Shown here one piece after another: positions 24,192 to 34,377 of a stretch of 63,055 nucleotides of DNA. The stretch lies in assembly GCA_043806135.1 (NCBI GenBank), contig JAZDHG010000040.1, positions 1 through 63,055 on the forward strand. Reading direction: 5' to 3'. Origin of the DNA: Candidatus Omnitrophota bacterium. Lineage in GTDB: Bacteria > Omnitrophota > Gorgyraeia > B26-G9. Each line of letters begins with the position of its first letter. Positions within the stretch are counted from its first letter, which is position 1. Position numbers and translations under genes: made by a program. The notes below the pieces were generated by a model, which was not told where the DNA came from, ran no database searches, and was given only the letters and a program-made list of their open reading frames with translations.

Positions 24192-25409
24192 ATGGAATAT
24201 ATGGATAATTCGGCACTCTCTTATGAACAGTTACTGCAAAAAGTTGCGCTATTGCAGGACTAGGTTTCTGAACTAAAAGCACTTCAGGAAAAGTATGCTC
24301 TCGCGGATAAGGAACTTAGGAGAGCCAAGGAATACGCGGAATTTCTTTTTAAATCAACCCCTAGCGCTATTTTTACCACAGACATAAACATGATAATTAC
24401 CAGTTGGAATAATAAAGCGGAAGAGATAACCGGTTATTCAACACGGGAAATTATCGGCAAACAGTGTACGTTTTTTGCTGAATCCCCTTGTAAGGAAAAA
24501 TGCAATATTTTTTCAAGTGAAATTGGAAAACCTTTTTTTCGCGAGGAATGTACGATAAGAAGAAAGGACGGCAAAATTGTTATTGTTTCCATGAACGGTG
24601 ATTTATTGAAAAACGAGGATGGAAATATTATTGGCGGCATTGAATCCATCGAAGATATCACAGGCCGCAAAAGGAAAGAAGAGGATTTTCAGCAATTATA
24701 CCAAAATCTGGAGATGCAGGTTTGCGAAAGAACAAGCGAGCTTTCTAATATAAATGAGGCGCTGCTTGTAGAAATAATGCAGCGCAAAAAAGTGCAGAAA
24801 AATTTCGAAGATGCAAACAAAAAACTGACAAGACTCTTAAATGAAACGATCAAGGCTCTTGCCTCAGCCGTTGAAAAACGCGATCCATATACCGCCGGGC
24901 ATCAGCAGCGGGTTGCTATGCTGGCAACAGCAATCGCACTGGAAATGAAACTGCCCCAGGAGCAGATAACCGGAGTGAAGACAGCAGCGATCATACATGA
25001 TATCGGCAAGATTTGTACTCCGGCTGAAATCTTAAGTAAACCGTCAAAATTAACCTTGTATGAATTTAACCTTATTACCATGCATCCGGAAGTGGGCTAT
25101 GAAATACTTAAAGGGATAGAGTTCCCTTGGCCGGTTTCAGAAATTGTTCTGCAGCATCATGAAAGGGTTGACGGATCGGGATACCCCAGGGGTTTGAAGG
25201 GAGATAATATCCTTCTTGAGGCGCATATTTTGATTGTATCAGACGTAGTTGAGGCAATGGCATCTCACCGTCCGTACCGTCCTGCATTGGGCATTAATAA
25301 GGCTCTGGATGAAATTGTAAACAAAAAAGGAAAACTCTACAACGCAGATGTCGTAGATGCCTGCATTGAAATTTTTATGAAAAAAGGATTTTCTCTGGAG
25401 CAAAGCTAA
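24192..25409 (+). pseudogene. PAS + HD-GYP c-di-GMP phosphodiesterase with in-frame TAG at 24261-24263
   Basis: Frame is otherwise open from ATG 24192 into the 24390 ORF; the PAS start (STPSAIFTTD) lies upstream of 24390; HDIGK and HHERVDGSGYP motifs. Confidence 0.75.
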
Positions 25410-25498
25410 AAACAGCCGGGATTATCCGATAAAATTAAAGCCATCAATGGTATATCCCCGGATAAAAACCGCCTCGGAAGCTGTTATTTTGAAAAATA

Positions 25499-25527
25499 TT
25501 GACTTTATAAGCAAATTGGAGTATCTT
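25499..25527 (+). promoter_or_regulatory. Sigma70-type promoter
   Basis: TTGACT-17 bp-TATCTT. Confidence 0.55.
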
Positions 25528-25549
25528 AAAAAACAAAAAGGAGGGTATC

Positions 25550-25864
25550 TTGACTAAATCAAGAAAATTTTATTTTGTTTTAGTAACGATAATTGTTCTT
25601 GGTTTTTCACCTTATTCCTTCGCGAATATGACAGACGCTAAAAATGTTCAAAAAGTTCATGCAGACGCTACCGTTGGCTGTACAGTATGCCATCCGCAGG
25701 GAAATTTTAAAGATTTAAATGCATACGGTAAGGCTTATAGGAATGCAGGCAGGAGTGTTGAGGCAGTTAAAGCAATTGATGAAAAAGACAGCGATGCTGA
25801 CACAGTGACAAACGCAGATGAGATTAATGCCGGAACAAATCCGGGTGATGCTACCAGCAAGTAA
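25550..25864 (+). CDS. Exported monoheme c-type cytochrome with a Ca-binding TSP3-like tail
   Basis: Signal peptide, CTVCH, C-terminal DSDADTVTNADEINAGTNPGD; SD aggagg. Confidence 0.8.
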   Translation: MTKSRKFYFVLVTIIVLGFSPYSFANMTDAKNVQKVHADATVGCTVCHPQGNFKDLNAYGKAYRNAGRSVEAVKAIDEKDSDADTVTNADEINAGTNPGDATSK

Positions 25865-25879
25865 GGCAGGGATATTTGG

Positions 25880-25920
25880 AAAAATGGGCCGGGATAATTA
25901 TTTATTCCGGCCCATTTTTT
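25880..25920 (+). terminator. Intrinsic terminator
   Basis: aaaaatgggccggg / ttccggcccattttt hairpin. Confidence 0.75.
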
Positions 25921-25962
25921 AATTGAGTTATTGAATAGGCTATTTAAAGGCGGCAGGGAATA

Positions 25963-26640
25963 TTGAGCACGCATAAAAAACCAATCCAGATTATTTATGA
26001 GGACGAAGCTCTGATAATCGTAAATAAACGCAGCGGAATTATTAGTGTGCCGGCTGCTGATTCAAAGGGAAAAGATCTAAGCTTTCTTTTGAACCGGCAA
26101 ATGCAAAGAGACAATGCCTTGCCTTGCCACCGTTTGGATAAAGAGACATCGGGCGTAATTGTTTTTGCAAAAGGCAGGAATAATCAACAGATTATAATGG
26201 ATCAATTCCGGGAGAGAAAAATAAAAAAGACTTATATCGCTTTTGTACATGGGTGTATTAAACGGGCGAACGGCGTGATTAAAAGCAATATTCAGGGGGC
26301 ATGGCCTTACAGACACCGGGAAAGAAGTAAACTGGCTGTTACAAATTTTACATTGATTTTCAGCTCGGATGATTTTAGCGTTATACGCCTTGAGCCGATT
26401 ACCGGAAGAACAAATCAGATAAGGATACAGTTCAGGGACTACGGGCATCCTCTTGTAGGTGAGAGACGCTTTGCCAATGCTAAAGACTGGCCGCTTAAAT
26501 TCAAGAGGGCTGCATTGCATTCATACTTTATCGAAATAGATCATCCTTTGACCCAAAAGCGTATGGGTTTCCAAGCGCCAATGCCGAAGGATATGAAAGA
26601 CTTCCTGAAAACACGTAAAATTGCAGATATTCTTGAGTAA
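25963..26640 (+). CDS. RluA-family pseudouridine synthase
   Basis: VNKRSG, HRLDKETSG, TGRTNQIR and GHPLVG motifs. Confidence 0.9.
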   Translation: MSTHKKPIQIIYEDEALIIVNKRSGIISVPAADSKGKDLSFLLNRQMQRDNALPCHRLDKETSGVIVFAKGRNNQQIIMDQFRERKIKKTYIAFVHGCIKRANGVIKSNIQGAWPYRHRERSKLAVTNFTLIFSSDDFSVIRLEPITGRTNQIRIQFRDYGHPLVGERRFANAKDWPLKFKRAALHSYFIEIDHPLTQKRMGFQAPMPKDMKDFLKTRKIADILE

Positions 26641-26713
26641 ATAAATGACAAAGTAAAGGGTGAGTTAAAGCGGGCATAGCTTGAGTTTTAGGGGTGTTAC
26701 GGTATTGCTTTAG

Positions 26714-26843
26714 GCAACCAAAGAAAATCTATTTTGACTCATTCTCGACTGACATCCTGTCAGTCTCCGAGGGAATTAGTTAATTTTAACGTCCATGTAA
26801 AATTAACTAATTAAATCCGTCAAAACAGCTTCTCTTCAGTTGC
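26714..26843 (-). repeat. Branched palindromic element with two GGA-loop hairpins, copy B
   Basis: Outer IR 26714-26738/26819-26843; gactgaca-tcc-tgtcagtc; aattagttaatttt...gtccat...aaaattaactaatt. Confidence 0.7.
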
Positions 26844-26964
26844 AGCGTGGAGAGAAATAATACCTCCTAACTTATCGGTTAAATGATAAAGAATCATTGT
26901 CTTGCCCCGAATGAGGTGTCTGTGTTAAAATAAATAGGATTTACAAAAATAAAGAAGGGTAAAT

Positions 26965-27792
26965 ATGGATATGATGCGGTATCTATTTTTAGCATGCCTG
27001 CAGGGGGTAACGGAGTTTCTCCCTGTTTCCAGTTCCGGACATCTGGTTTTTTTTCAGGAAATTATCGGGTTTAAAGAACCGCTGTTTGTTTTTGATGTTA
27101 TTTTGCACTTAGCGACTGTTTTTTCCGTTATCGTTTTCTTAAGAAAAGACATATTGTCTATAGTTAAGGAAGCGGTAGTTGCGGTTAATAAAATAAGTAA
27201 AGGCACCAGTTTAAAGGAAGTTTGGCGTGAGCTTGAATATCTGCGGTTATTTGTTTTTGTGATCGCTGCACTGATTCCAGCCATAGTAATAGGATTGCTT
27301 TTTTACTCTATTGTCGAGGAAATGTTCAGTTCTTTACGGGTAATAACCTATAGCTTCTTTGTTACCGGAACAATATTATTTCTTACCAAGGGAAAAGGAA
27401 AGCCGGATAAGAAAAAACAAATTACGCTTAATGATTCTCTCCTTATCGGACTTGCGCAGGCTGCTGCGATCATCCCGGGTATTTCCCGCTCAGGTGTAAC
27501 TATCTCAAGCGGAATGTTCAGAGGGCTGGATAAAGAACTGGCAGCACGATTTTCATTTCTTCTGTCAATCCCGACTATTGCTGCTGCGGCAATATATCAA
27601 TTAAGAAATGGGCTGGGAGAGCTTTCTATAGGTAGTCTGGAACTGGGGTTATCTTTTCTGGCGGCTTTCTTGAGCGGATACTGTGCTCTATTAGTTTTGT
27701 CTAAAATGATCGCAAGGGCTAAATTCCATTACTTCTCATTTTATTGCTGGGGTATGGGATTTATTTGTATAGCGGTATTACTTAAAGGTTAA
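26965..27792 (+). CDS. uppP: Undecaprenyl-diphosphatase
   Basis: QGVTEFLPVSSSGHL and PGISRSG motifs; multiple TM helices. Confidence 0.94.
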   Translation: MDMMRYLFLACLQGVTEFLPVSSSGHLVFFQEIIGFKEPLFVFDVILHLATVFSVIVFLRKDILSIVKEAVVAVNKISKGTSLKEVWRELEYLRLFVFVIAALIPAIVIGLLFYSIVEEMFSSLRVITYSFFVTGTILFLTKGKGKPDKKKQITLNDSLLIGLAQAAAIIPGISRSGVTISSGMFRGLDKELAARFSFLLSIPTIAAAAIYQLRNGLGELSIGSLELGLSFLAAFLSGYCALLVLSKMIARAKFHYFSFYCWGMGFICIAVLLKG

Positions 27793-27805
27793 TGGAAAAA
27801 AAATA

Positions 27806-29062
27806 ATGGATATTCCTGATTGTTTAGTTTTAATACTTGGAGGCGGCAGAGGAGCAAGATTGTTTCCGCTTACTTTGGAAAGAAGCAAACCGGCTATCGG
27901 ATTTGCCGGCAAGTATAGACTGATTGACATCCCTGTGTCAAATTGCATAAATTCCGGTTTTAATAAGATTTTCGTTCTGACTCAATTCCTTTCTGCTTCT
28001 TTGCATGCGCACATAATGCATACATATCGATTTGATAATTTTTCAAAAGGTTTTGTAGAAATACTTTCAGCAGAACAGTCACAAAAAAGTTCTGAATGGT
28101 TTCATGGGCCTGCAGATGCGGTGCGCCAAGTCTTGAATCACCTGCGCAATATGCCGCAGGAATACGTGCTTATTCTTTCCGGTGATCACTTGTATAAAAT
28201 GGATTATCGCAAAATGGTCGCCTTTCATATAAAAAAGGATGCTGATGTAACGGTTGCTTCTATTTTTGTTAACGAGGATGAGGCGGCAAGAATGGGGGTT
28301 CTTGATTGTACTGCTTCTGGGCGGCTGAGAAGAATTATCGAAAAGCCAGCTAATGTTAAACGCTTGAAGATTAAATCTAAGAACAAAAACAAAACAAAGA
28401 CTTTGCTTAACCAGTATTATGTTTCAATGGGAATTTATCTTTTTAAAAAAGATGTCCTTTTTGATATTCTGCTTAGTACGAAAGATGCGGATTTCGGTTC
28501 ACATATTTTGCCTTGGATGCTGAAGAAAAAGAAAAAAGCATATACTTTCGAGTTCAAAGACTATTGGCGGGATATCGGAACGATCAAAAGCTACTATGAG
28601 GCAAGTATGGATCTGCTGGCTAAGAATCCTGAATTTAACCTTTTTGATGATACTTTTGAGATTGTGACCAGGGCCCGTTTTTTGCCTCCCAGCAAGATTA
28701 GCGAGACTTTCTTAAAAAACACAATTGTTGCCGATGGATGCCAGATTAAAAAAGCAAATATCGAAAACTCTATTATCGGGTTAAGAAGCCAGATTATGGA
28801 GAATACGAGTATTAAAGACTCTATAATCATAGGAAATGATTATTATCATAATAAGTCTAAAAAGGTAAATGCGCATCCGCATATCGGCAAAGGGGTGACC
28901 ATTGAGAGGGCGATAGTCGACAAAAATGTTACTATTGGTGATTTTTGCCATATTACAGATAAAAGAAATGCACCGAACAGTGACGGGGATTATTATTATG
29001 TCCGGGACGGTATAACTATCATAAGGCGCGGAGTAAATCTTGCAGCACATACTGTGATTTAA
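27806..29062 (+). CDS. glgC: Glucose-1-phosphate adenylyltransferase
   Basis: GGGRGARLFPLT, SKPA..GKYRLIDIP, LSGDHLY and YWRDIGT motifs; beta-helix tail. Confidence 0.92.
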   Translation: MDIPDCLVLILGGGRGARLFPLTLERSKPAIGFAGKYRLIDIPVSNCINSGFNKIFVLTQFLSASLHAHIMHTYRFDNFSKGFVEILSAEQSQKSSEWFHGPADAVRQVLNHLRNMPQEYVLILSGDHLYKMDYRKMVAFHIKKDADVTVASIFVNEDEAARMGVLDCTASGRLRRIIEKPANVKRLKIKSKNKNKTKTLLNQYYVSMGIYLFKKDVLFDILLSTKDADFGSHILPWMLKKKKKAYTFEFKDYWRDIGTIKSYYEASMDLLAKNPEFNLFDDTFEIVTRARFLPPSKISETFLKNTIVADGCQIKKANIENSIIGLRSQIMENTSIKDSIIIGNDYYHNKSKKVNAHPHIGKGVTIERAIVDKNVTIGDFCHITDKRNAPNSDGDYYYVRDGITIIRRGVNLAAHTVI

Positions 29063-29108
29063 CTTTAATATAAGAGCTTGATAATAATTGTGTAAGGAGG
29101 GAGAGGAA

Positions 29109-29405
29109 ATGCTGGATATTCTGGAAAAAATTATTTTAGCCAGTGTTGGGCTGGCAAGCATGACAAAAGAAAAGGCAGAAGAACTGGTGGATGTACTGAT
29201 TAAAAAGGGGCAGGTTAAGGCAAAGGACAGAAATGCGGCATTAAGCAAACTGCTTAGAGGAACCGAGAAGTTTGATAAAGATCTTGAGAAAAAAATGAAG
29301 CAGGTTTCATTAAAAATTGTCGACAGTTCCGAGAAGCAGATAGATAGAATAAAGAAAAAACTGGCAAAAATCGCTAAAGACTTACATTTTGAGAAAAAAG
29401 AGTAA
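29109..29405 (+). CDS. Phasin-like (PHA granule-associated family) protein 1
   Basis: LASVGLASMTKEKAEELVDVLIKKGQV pattern. Confidence 0.7.
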   Translation: MLDILEKIILASVGLASMTKEKAEELVDVLIKKGQVKAKDRNAALSKLLRGTEKFDKDLEKKMKQVSLKIVDSSEKQIDRIKKKLAKIAKDLHFEKKE

Positions 29406-29468
29406 AATAAATAGCAAGAATAAGTAGATAGGATTTGTTGTTTAACCTTAAACAAGGGAGGAAATGGA

Positions 29469-29810
29469 ATGTTTGAAATATTGGGAAAAATAGTTTTAGC
29501 GGGAGTAGGCTTAGCGAATCTGACAAAGGAAAAAGCGGAAAACCTCGTGGATACGCTTATCAAAAAAGGACAGATTCAAGCAGAGGATAAAAAAGCTGTC
29601 CTTAACCGTTTACTGCAGGGTACGAAAAAATTGGATAAAGATCTTGAGAAAAAAATGAAGCAGATATCAGAGGGGATTTTGGATAGATCTCAAAAACAAA
29701 TCGATGCATTAAATAGTAAGCTGACGAAGATATCAAAAGCATTAAAGACGGAAAGAAGAAAGAACATGGCTCCTAAAACAAAAAAGAAGGCAATAGCGAA
29801 GGAAAAGTGA
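29469..29810 (+). CDS. Phasin-like protein 2, tandem paralog
   Basis: LAGVGLANLTKEKAENLVDTLIKKGQI; shares DKDLEKKMKQ; basic tail. Confidence 0.7.
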   Translation: MFEILGKIVLAGVGLANLTKEKAENLVDTLIKKGQIQAEDKKAVLNRLLQGTKKLDKDLEKKMKQISEGILDRSQKQIDALNSKLTKISKALKTERRKNMAPKTKKKAIAKEK

Positions 29811-29823
29811 AAGGTGAGTAAAA

Positions 29824-30045
29824 ATGGCAAAAAAGCCTTTAAGAAAAATTTCACCCATGCAAGTGAGAATTTTCAAAATTGTTAATCGCCGTGGTTATGC
29901 AGCCATATCTCTGAACAATCTTACGGAAGGAACGACGGCTAATCAGGCATATGGGCGCATGATAAAGGCCTTAAAACGTCATGGATATGAATTGCCGGTA
30001 TTGGTTCAGGATATAGTAAAAAAAAGGGTCGTATCCAGGATTTAG
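29824..30045 (+). CDS. Small basic hypothetical protein
   Basis: SD aaggtg; NRRGYAA...NLTEG motif. Confidence 0.65.
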   Translation: MAKKPLRKISPMQVRIFKIVNRRGYAAISLNNLTEGTTANQAYGRMIKALKRHGYELPVLVQDIVKKRVVSRI

Positions 30046-30245
30046 GGGCTTGGCTTTAGTGCGTGATGGCTGGGAAAATATGTTAAAATACCCTGTATTT
30101 ATAAAAATTGACACAGGTTCTTAAATTCTTGTAAATGCAGGGTATTTTATGTTACAATACGCCTACAGAAAGTTCAATCCTATATATAACCCCCTAATTA
30201 AACTAATGCTTGAGTTATTATTTTAAACGGCAAAGAAAGCAGAAA

Positions 30246-30899
30246 ATGTATAAAAAAACAAAAGCACTTGATAGAATTCAAACAAGCATGGAAGAAATTG
30301 ATCCGGGCAGTTTCCGTTATGAGATTCTGAAATGTGCTAAGAATTTCAAATCTTCCTGGCTTGAGCTTGGACAGCATTTGATGGCTGTTTATAAAGATAA
30401 AATGTATAAGGAATGGGATTACCTGACCTTTGAGGCTTATTGCAGCAAAGAGATAGGTATCAGAAAAGAAACCGGGTTAAAATTACTGCGGTCGTATTAT
30501 TTTCTGGAGCAAGAGGAACCGCAATTTATAAAGAAAGATTACCTGGAATCAGCGAATAGCCCGCAGCTGCCTTCTTATGAGGCGGTAAATACACTTAGGC
30601 AGGTAAAGACAAATAAAGATTTGAGTATCGCTGATTATGAAAAAATGAAGCACCATGTTTTTGAGGAAGGTAAGGCAGACAAAGATGTTAAGGATGTGTA
30701 CAAGGCGATGATCAAGTCTGTAAGACCGGAGGTTGTACCTGAGGAAACACACAGGCAAAGACGCATAACGTATTTGCGAAGAATGCTGGGAGTGCTTAAT
30801 TCGATAAAGAAGGAAATAAGAATAAATAATTTTTTATCCGATGATATTATCTCGGAAATTGAAAATGTTATCGGTAAAGTAGAAGCGGAACTTCTGTAA
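30246..30899 (+). CDS. Hypothetical helical protein
   Basis: Long ORF with FKSSWLELG and WDYLTFEAYC; ATG 30246 preferred. Confidence 0.75.
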   Translation: MYKKTKALDRIQTSMEEIDPGSFRYEILKCAKNFKSSWLELGQHLMAVYKDKMYKEWDYLTFEAYCSKEIGIRKETGLKLLRSYYFLEQEEPQFIKKDYLESANSPQLPSYEAVNTLRQVKTNKDLSIADYEKMKHHVFEEGKADKDVKDVYKAMIKSVRPEVVPEETHRQRRITYLRRMLGVLNSIKKEIRINNFLSDDIISEIENVIGKVEAELL

Positions 30900-30925
30900 A
30901 TCATATTTTTTTTAGGGAGGATTCA

Positions 30926-32566
30926 ATGATCAGGGAGTTGATTTTTAGTATTGTCGGCGGATTAGGGCTTTTTATCTATGGTATCCATTTGATGGGGGAG
31001 GGGCTGCAAAATGCTGCCGGAGAAAGATTAAGGCGTTTGCTTAAAGCTCTTACTAAAAATACGTTGTCAGGAACATTACTTGGTGCCGGAATTACAGCTA
31101 TTATCCAAAGCTCTTCCGCAACAACAGTAATGGTAGTAGGTTTTGTTAACGCAGGACTTATGACTCTAACTCAGGCAATAGGTGTAATATTCGGCGCTAA
31201 TATCGGCACAACGATAACAGCTCAGATAATTGCCTTTAAACTAACGACACTTTCTCTCCCTGCGATTGCCGTTGGGGCAGCTCTTTATTTATTTTCACGA
31301 AAAAGATTTTGGAAGTTTTTGGGCCTTTTCTGTCTGGGGTTTGGTATTCTTTTCCTGGGATTAAACATAATGACTTCAGTGATAAAGCCCTTTGCGGATG
31401 ATCCGGCTATACAGAATATTTTTGTCCATTTCAGTAAGAATCCTTTTCTAGGTATTTTGATCGGGGCAGCTGTAACCGCATTGCTCCAGAGTTCAAGCGT
31501 TACCACAGGTATGATTATTACAATGGCTTCTGTAGGGCTGTTTGACTTACAAGCAGCCATCCCGCTTATTTTCGGCTGTAATATAGGCACATGTATTACG
31601 GCAATACTCGCTTCTTTGGGAACAACTGTTTCTGCAAAAAGAGCGGCGCTTTCGCATGTTTTGTTTAATATTATTGTAACACTCTTGTTTTTGCCGACAC
31701 TGCCGTTTTACTATAAGATTATTGCCCTTACATCAGGCGATATCGCAAGACAGATAGCTAATGCACATACATTATTTAATGTATTAGGGACAATCGTTTT
31801 AGCCCCGTTTGCCTCAATTTATGCAAAGGTTGTAATAAGAGTTTTGCCAGGCAAAGATACGCTTATTGACACCCAGCCGCAATTTCTGGAAAAACACCTT
31901 TTGTATACTCCGCTTATTGCTTTTGATGCTTCGATAAAGGAAATTGTGCGTATGACTAACCTTGCCCGCGGCATGATGAGTGATGCTATACAGGGATTTT
32001 TAAAGGAAAATGTTAAGGTCTTAGAGCTTGTTCCTAAAAAAGAAGCAGCGGTAGATAATCTGCAGGAAGCGATAACTAATTATCTTATGGAGCTTATGCA
32101 AAAGGAACTATCCCCTGAAATCGCGAGTAAAATACCTTCTTTGCTGCACAGCGTAAATGATATTGAGAGGATGGGAGACCATTGCGAGAATATCATGGAA
32201 CTTGCCCAAAGAAAAATCACTTCTGGTTCTCCTTTTTCTAAAGAAGCGGAAAGTGAGATTAAAGAGATGTTTTCTCTTGTAGATAACATGGCTCAATTCA
32301 CTATCAGCTCCCTGGATAACGACAATATCGAAGAGGCAAAAAAAGTATTAGACTTAGAGGATAAAGTAAATATCTTTACTCAGAAGCTGCGTGATAATCA
32401 TATAATCCGTTTGTCCAATGGCCAATGCCAGGTTCTCTCAGGTATCATTTTCCTTGATTTGATAAGTAATTTTGAAAAAATCGCCGATCATTTAACTAAT
32501 GTTGCCCAGGCTGTTCTGGGTAAACTGCAGTGGACAGTAAAGCAGGCAGAAGATAGACATCATTAA
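30926..32566 (+). CDS. Na/Pi cotransporter family protein with PhoU domains
   Basis: Two QSSS repeats, GANIGTT/GCNIGT, and ERMGDH/EKIADH PhoU motifs. Confidence 0.92.
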   Translation: MIRELIFSIVGGLGLFIYGIHLMGEGLQNAAGERLRRLLKALTKNTLSGTLLGAGITAIIQSSSATTVMVVGFVNAGLMTLTQAIGVIFGANIGTTITAQIIAFKLTTLSLPAIAVGAALYLFSRKRFWKFLGLFCLGFGILFLGLNIMTSVIKPFADDPAIQNIFVHFSKNPFLGILIGAAVTALLQSSSVTTGMIITMASVGLFDLQAAIPLIFGCNIGTCITAILASLGTTVSAKRAALSHVLFNIIVTLLFLPTLPFYYKIIALTSGDIARQIANAHTLFNVLGTIVLAPFASIYAKVVIRVLPGKDTLIDTQPQFLEKHLLYTPLIAFDASIKEIVRMTNLARGMMSDAIQGFLKENVKVLELVPKKEAAVDNLQEAITNYLMELMQKELSPEIASKIPSLLHSVNDIERMGDHCENIMELAQRKITSGSPFSKEAESEIKEMFSLVDNMAQFTISSLDNDNIEEAKKVLDLEDKVNIFTQKLRDNHIIRLSNGQCQVLSGIIFLDLISNFEKIADHLTNVAQAVLGKLQWTVKQAEDRHH

Positions 32567-32696
32567 TTGCTGCAATTTGTTTCAGACATTAATTTGCGCG
32601 GGTGTTAAAAACCATTCTGAATAAAGTTGCTTATTTAATATATGATCAATAAATTGTTTTCTTGAAAATAAATTTTAATAGACTGAAAAACAAAAA

Positions 32697-32945
32697 ATGA
32701 CGAAAAAGAACCAACGAAAATCATTAAGTATGACAGCGCTGTTTGTGCCGGAGATCAGGGCCCTGCTGAATAAGAAGAGCTTTTCCGACGTGAAATTTCT
32801 TGTTTCAAAGATCCCGTCAATAGATCTTGCCGAGCGCTGGCATAATTTCTCAGACCAGGAAAAGATCCTTAAAAGTGTTGTTGATGTTATAGGTCTAATC
32901 ATATATTTTAAAGCAGCGCAGCTTATACTGCCGGTTTTGAGATAG
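32697..32945 (+). pseudogene. mgtE: Internally deleted MgtE magnesium transporter
   Basis: MgtE-N-like LFVPEIRALL...IDLAE fused in frame to a last-TM-like VVDVIGLIIYF; only 82 aa. Confidence 0.65.
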
Positions 32946-32998
32946 TCACAAGCAATTTAAGTAATTATTGATTCAAGTTTTTTTATAGGGAAACTTTC

Positions 32999-33715
32999 AT
33001 GATCAGACTTTTTGGCAAGAACCAGGTTATTGAGCGCTTAAAGGCTCATCCTAAAACCATAATAAAAATAATTTGCAATCAGAGCGCAGACAACAGGTTT
33101 ATTAAGGAATTAGCACAGCAGTTTAATATTGCGCATGTTTCCATACCTGATAATGAATTTATGTTGATGGCAAATAATATAAATAATCAGGGGGTTATAG
33201 CGGAAACGCAAGAATTCCTTTATGACGACCTAGAGAAAATTTTGCAATTGCCGGATGATGAGAAATTAACACTAATTGCTCTAAGTAATATTACCGATCC
33301 GCAAAACCTAGGGTCTATTTTAAGAACAACGGCCTGTTTTGGCAGATTTGCTCTAATAATTCCCAAACACAGATCTGCGAGCATAAATGAGACAGTTTTA
33401 AGAGTTGCCTGCGGAGGGGAAAATTATATACCTATAATTCAAGTTACAAATCTGATACCTGTTCTTAAACAGGCGAAAGATGCTGGTTACTGGGTAGCCG
33501 GTACGGTGGTTGAAGAAGGGGAGGATCTTACTAATTTTAATTTTCAATTTCCCCTTTGTCTGGTTATAGGTGCGGAGGATAAGGGGATTCGTCCTGGATT
33601 AATAAAACATTTGGATTTTAAGGTTACTTTGCCCATGCCGGGAGCCGGACTTTCACTTAACGCTGCGGTAGCAACAGCAATATTTTGCTATGAAGTTACA
33701 CGGCAAAGAAAGTAA
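32999..33715 (+). CDS. rlmB: 23S rRNA 2'-O-methyltransferase (TrmH/SpoU family)
   Basis: TDPQNLGSILR, IGAEDKG and SLNAAVA SPOUT motifs. Confidence 0.88.
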   Translation: MIRLFGKNQVIERLKAHPKTIIKIICNQSADNRFIKELAQQFNIAHVSIPDNEFMLMANNINNQGVIAETQEFLYDDLEKILQLPDDEKLTLIALSNITDPQNLGSILRTTACFGRFALIIPKHRSASINETVLRVACGGENYIPIIQVTNLIPVLKQAKDAGYWVAGTVVEEGEDLTNFNFQFPLCLVIGAEDKGIRPGLIKHLDFKVTLPMPGAGLSLNAAVATAIFCYEVTRQRK

Positions 33716-33751
33716 TGAGCAGGAGACTTAATTGGCTTTTAAGTTATTAGT

Positions 33752-34150
33752 ATGAAAAGAGTAAAATTTAAAGTTAAATACTTTACGTGTATTATCATTG
33801 CGCTTTTTTTTATTCCTTGTTTGCGGGTGGATTGTTTGCAGGCTTTTGACCCAGACCAGAAAGAACTTTCAAAAAAGAGTTATATAACATCGGGCTGGGA
33901 TAAAGTAATCAATGAGGAAGCAAAGAAGGATAATAAATACCCTGATAAAAAAAAGATAACACCGGAAACAGTCAGGCTTACAATTAATGAATACTATATC
34001 CCTCAGTTTTCGGAATTACTGGACAAGGGGGTTGATTATTTTGAATGGCTCAACAAGCTTGATGATCCCTATCTGAACCGTTATAAAGTGGATATAAGGG
34101 TGGACCCGGATGATGAGCGTCTTAAACTGTTCTGGAAACGTTCATTTTAA
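33752..34150 (+). CDS. Exported hypothetical protein
   Basis: Signal-like N-terminus; aromatic C-terminus LFWKRSF. Confidence 0.65.
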   Translation: MKRVKFKVKYFTCIIIALFFIPCLRVDCLQAFDPDQKELSKKSYITSGWDKVINEEAKKDNKYPDKKKITPETVRLTINEYYIPQFSELLDKGVDYFEWLNKLDDPYLNRYKVDIRVDPDDERLKLFWKRSF

Positions 34151-34313
34151 TGGGTTCATTCTTAATTAAATTGAATAGTTTTCTATAACTTAATGATTTT
34201 CAAGTTATTAGAACAAATTAAGAATGTCCATGATCAGGTTCTTTTGTTCAACTTAAACAAGAAAGAACCTTTTAATGTTTTTGTTGAGGCGGGAAAATTA
34301 ATATCCTAATTTC

Positions 34314-34342
34314 TTGACGTTACTATTAAATAATGTTATACT
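34314..34342 (+). promoter_or_regulatory. Sigma70-type promoter
   Basis: TTGACG-17 bp-TATACT with TGn extension. Confidence 0.7.
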
Positions 34343-34377
34343 TTATTTAACTTTTTAGCCCTATTGAGGAGGAAAAA

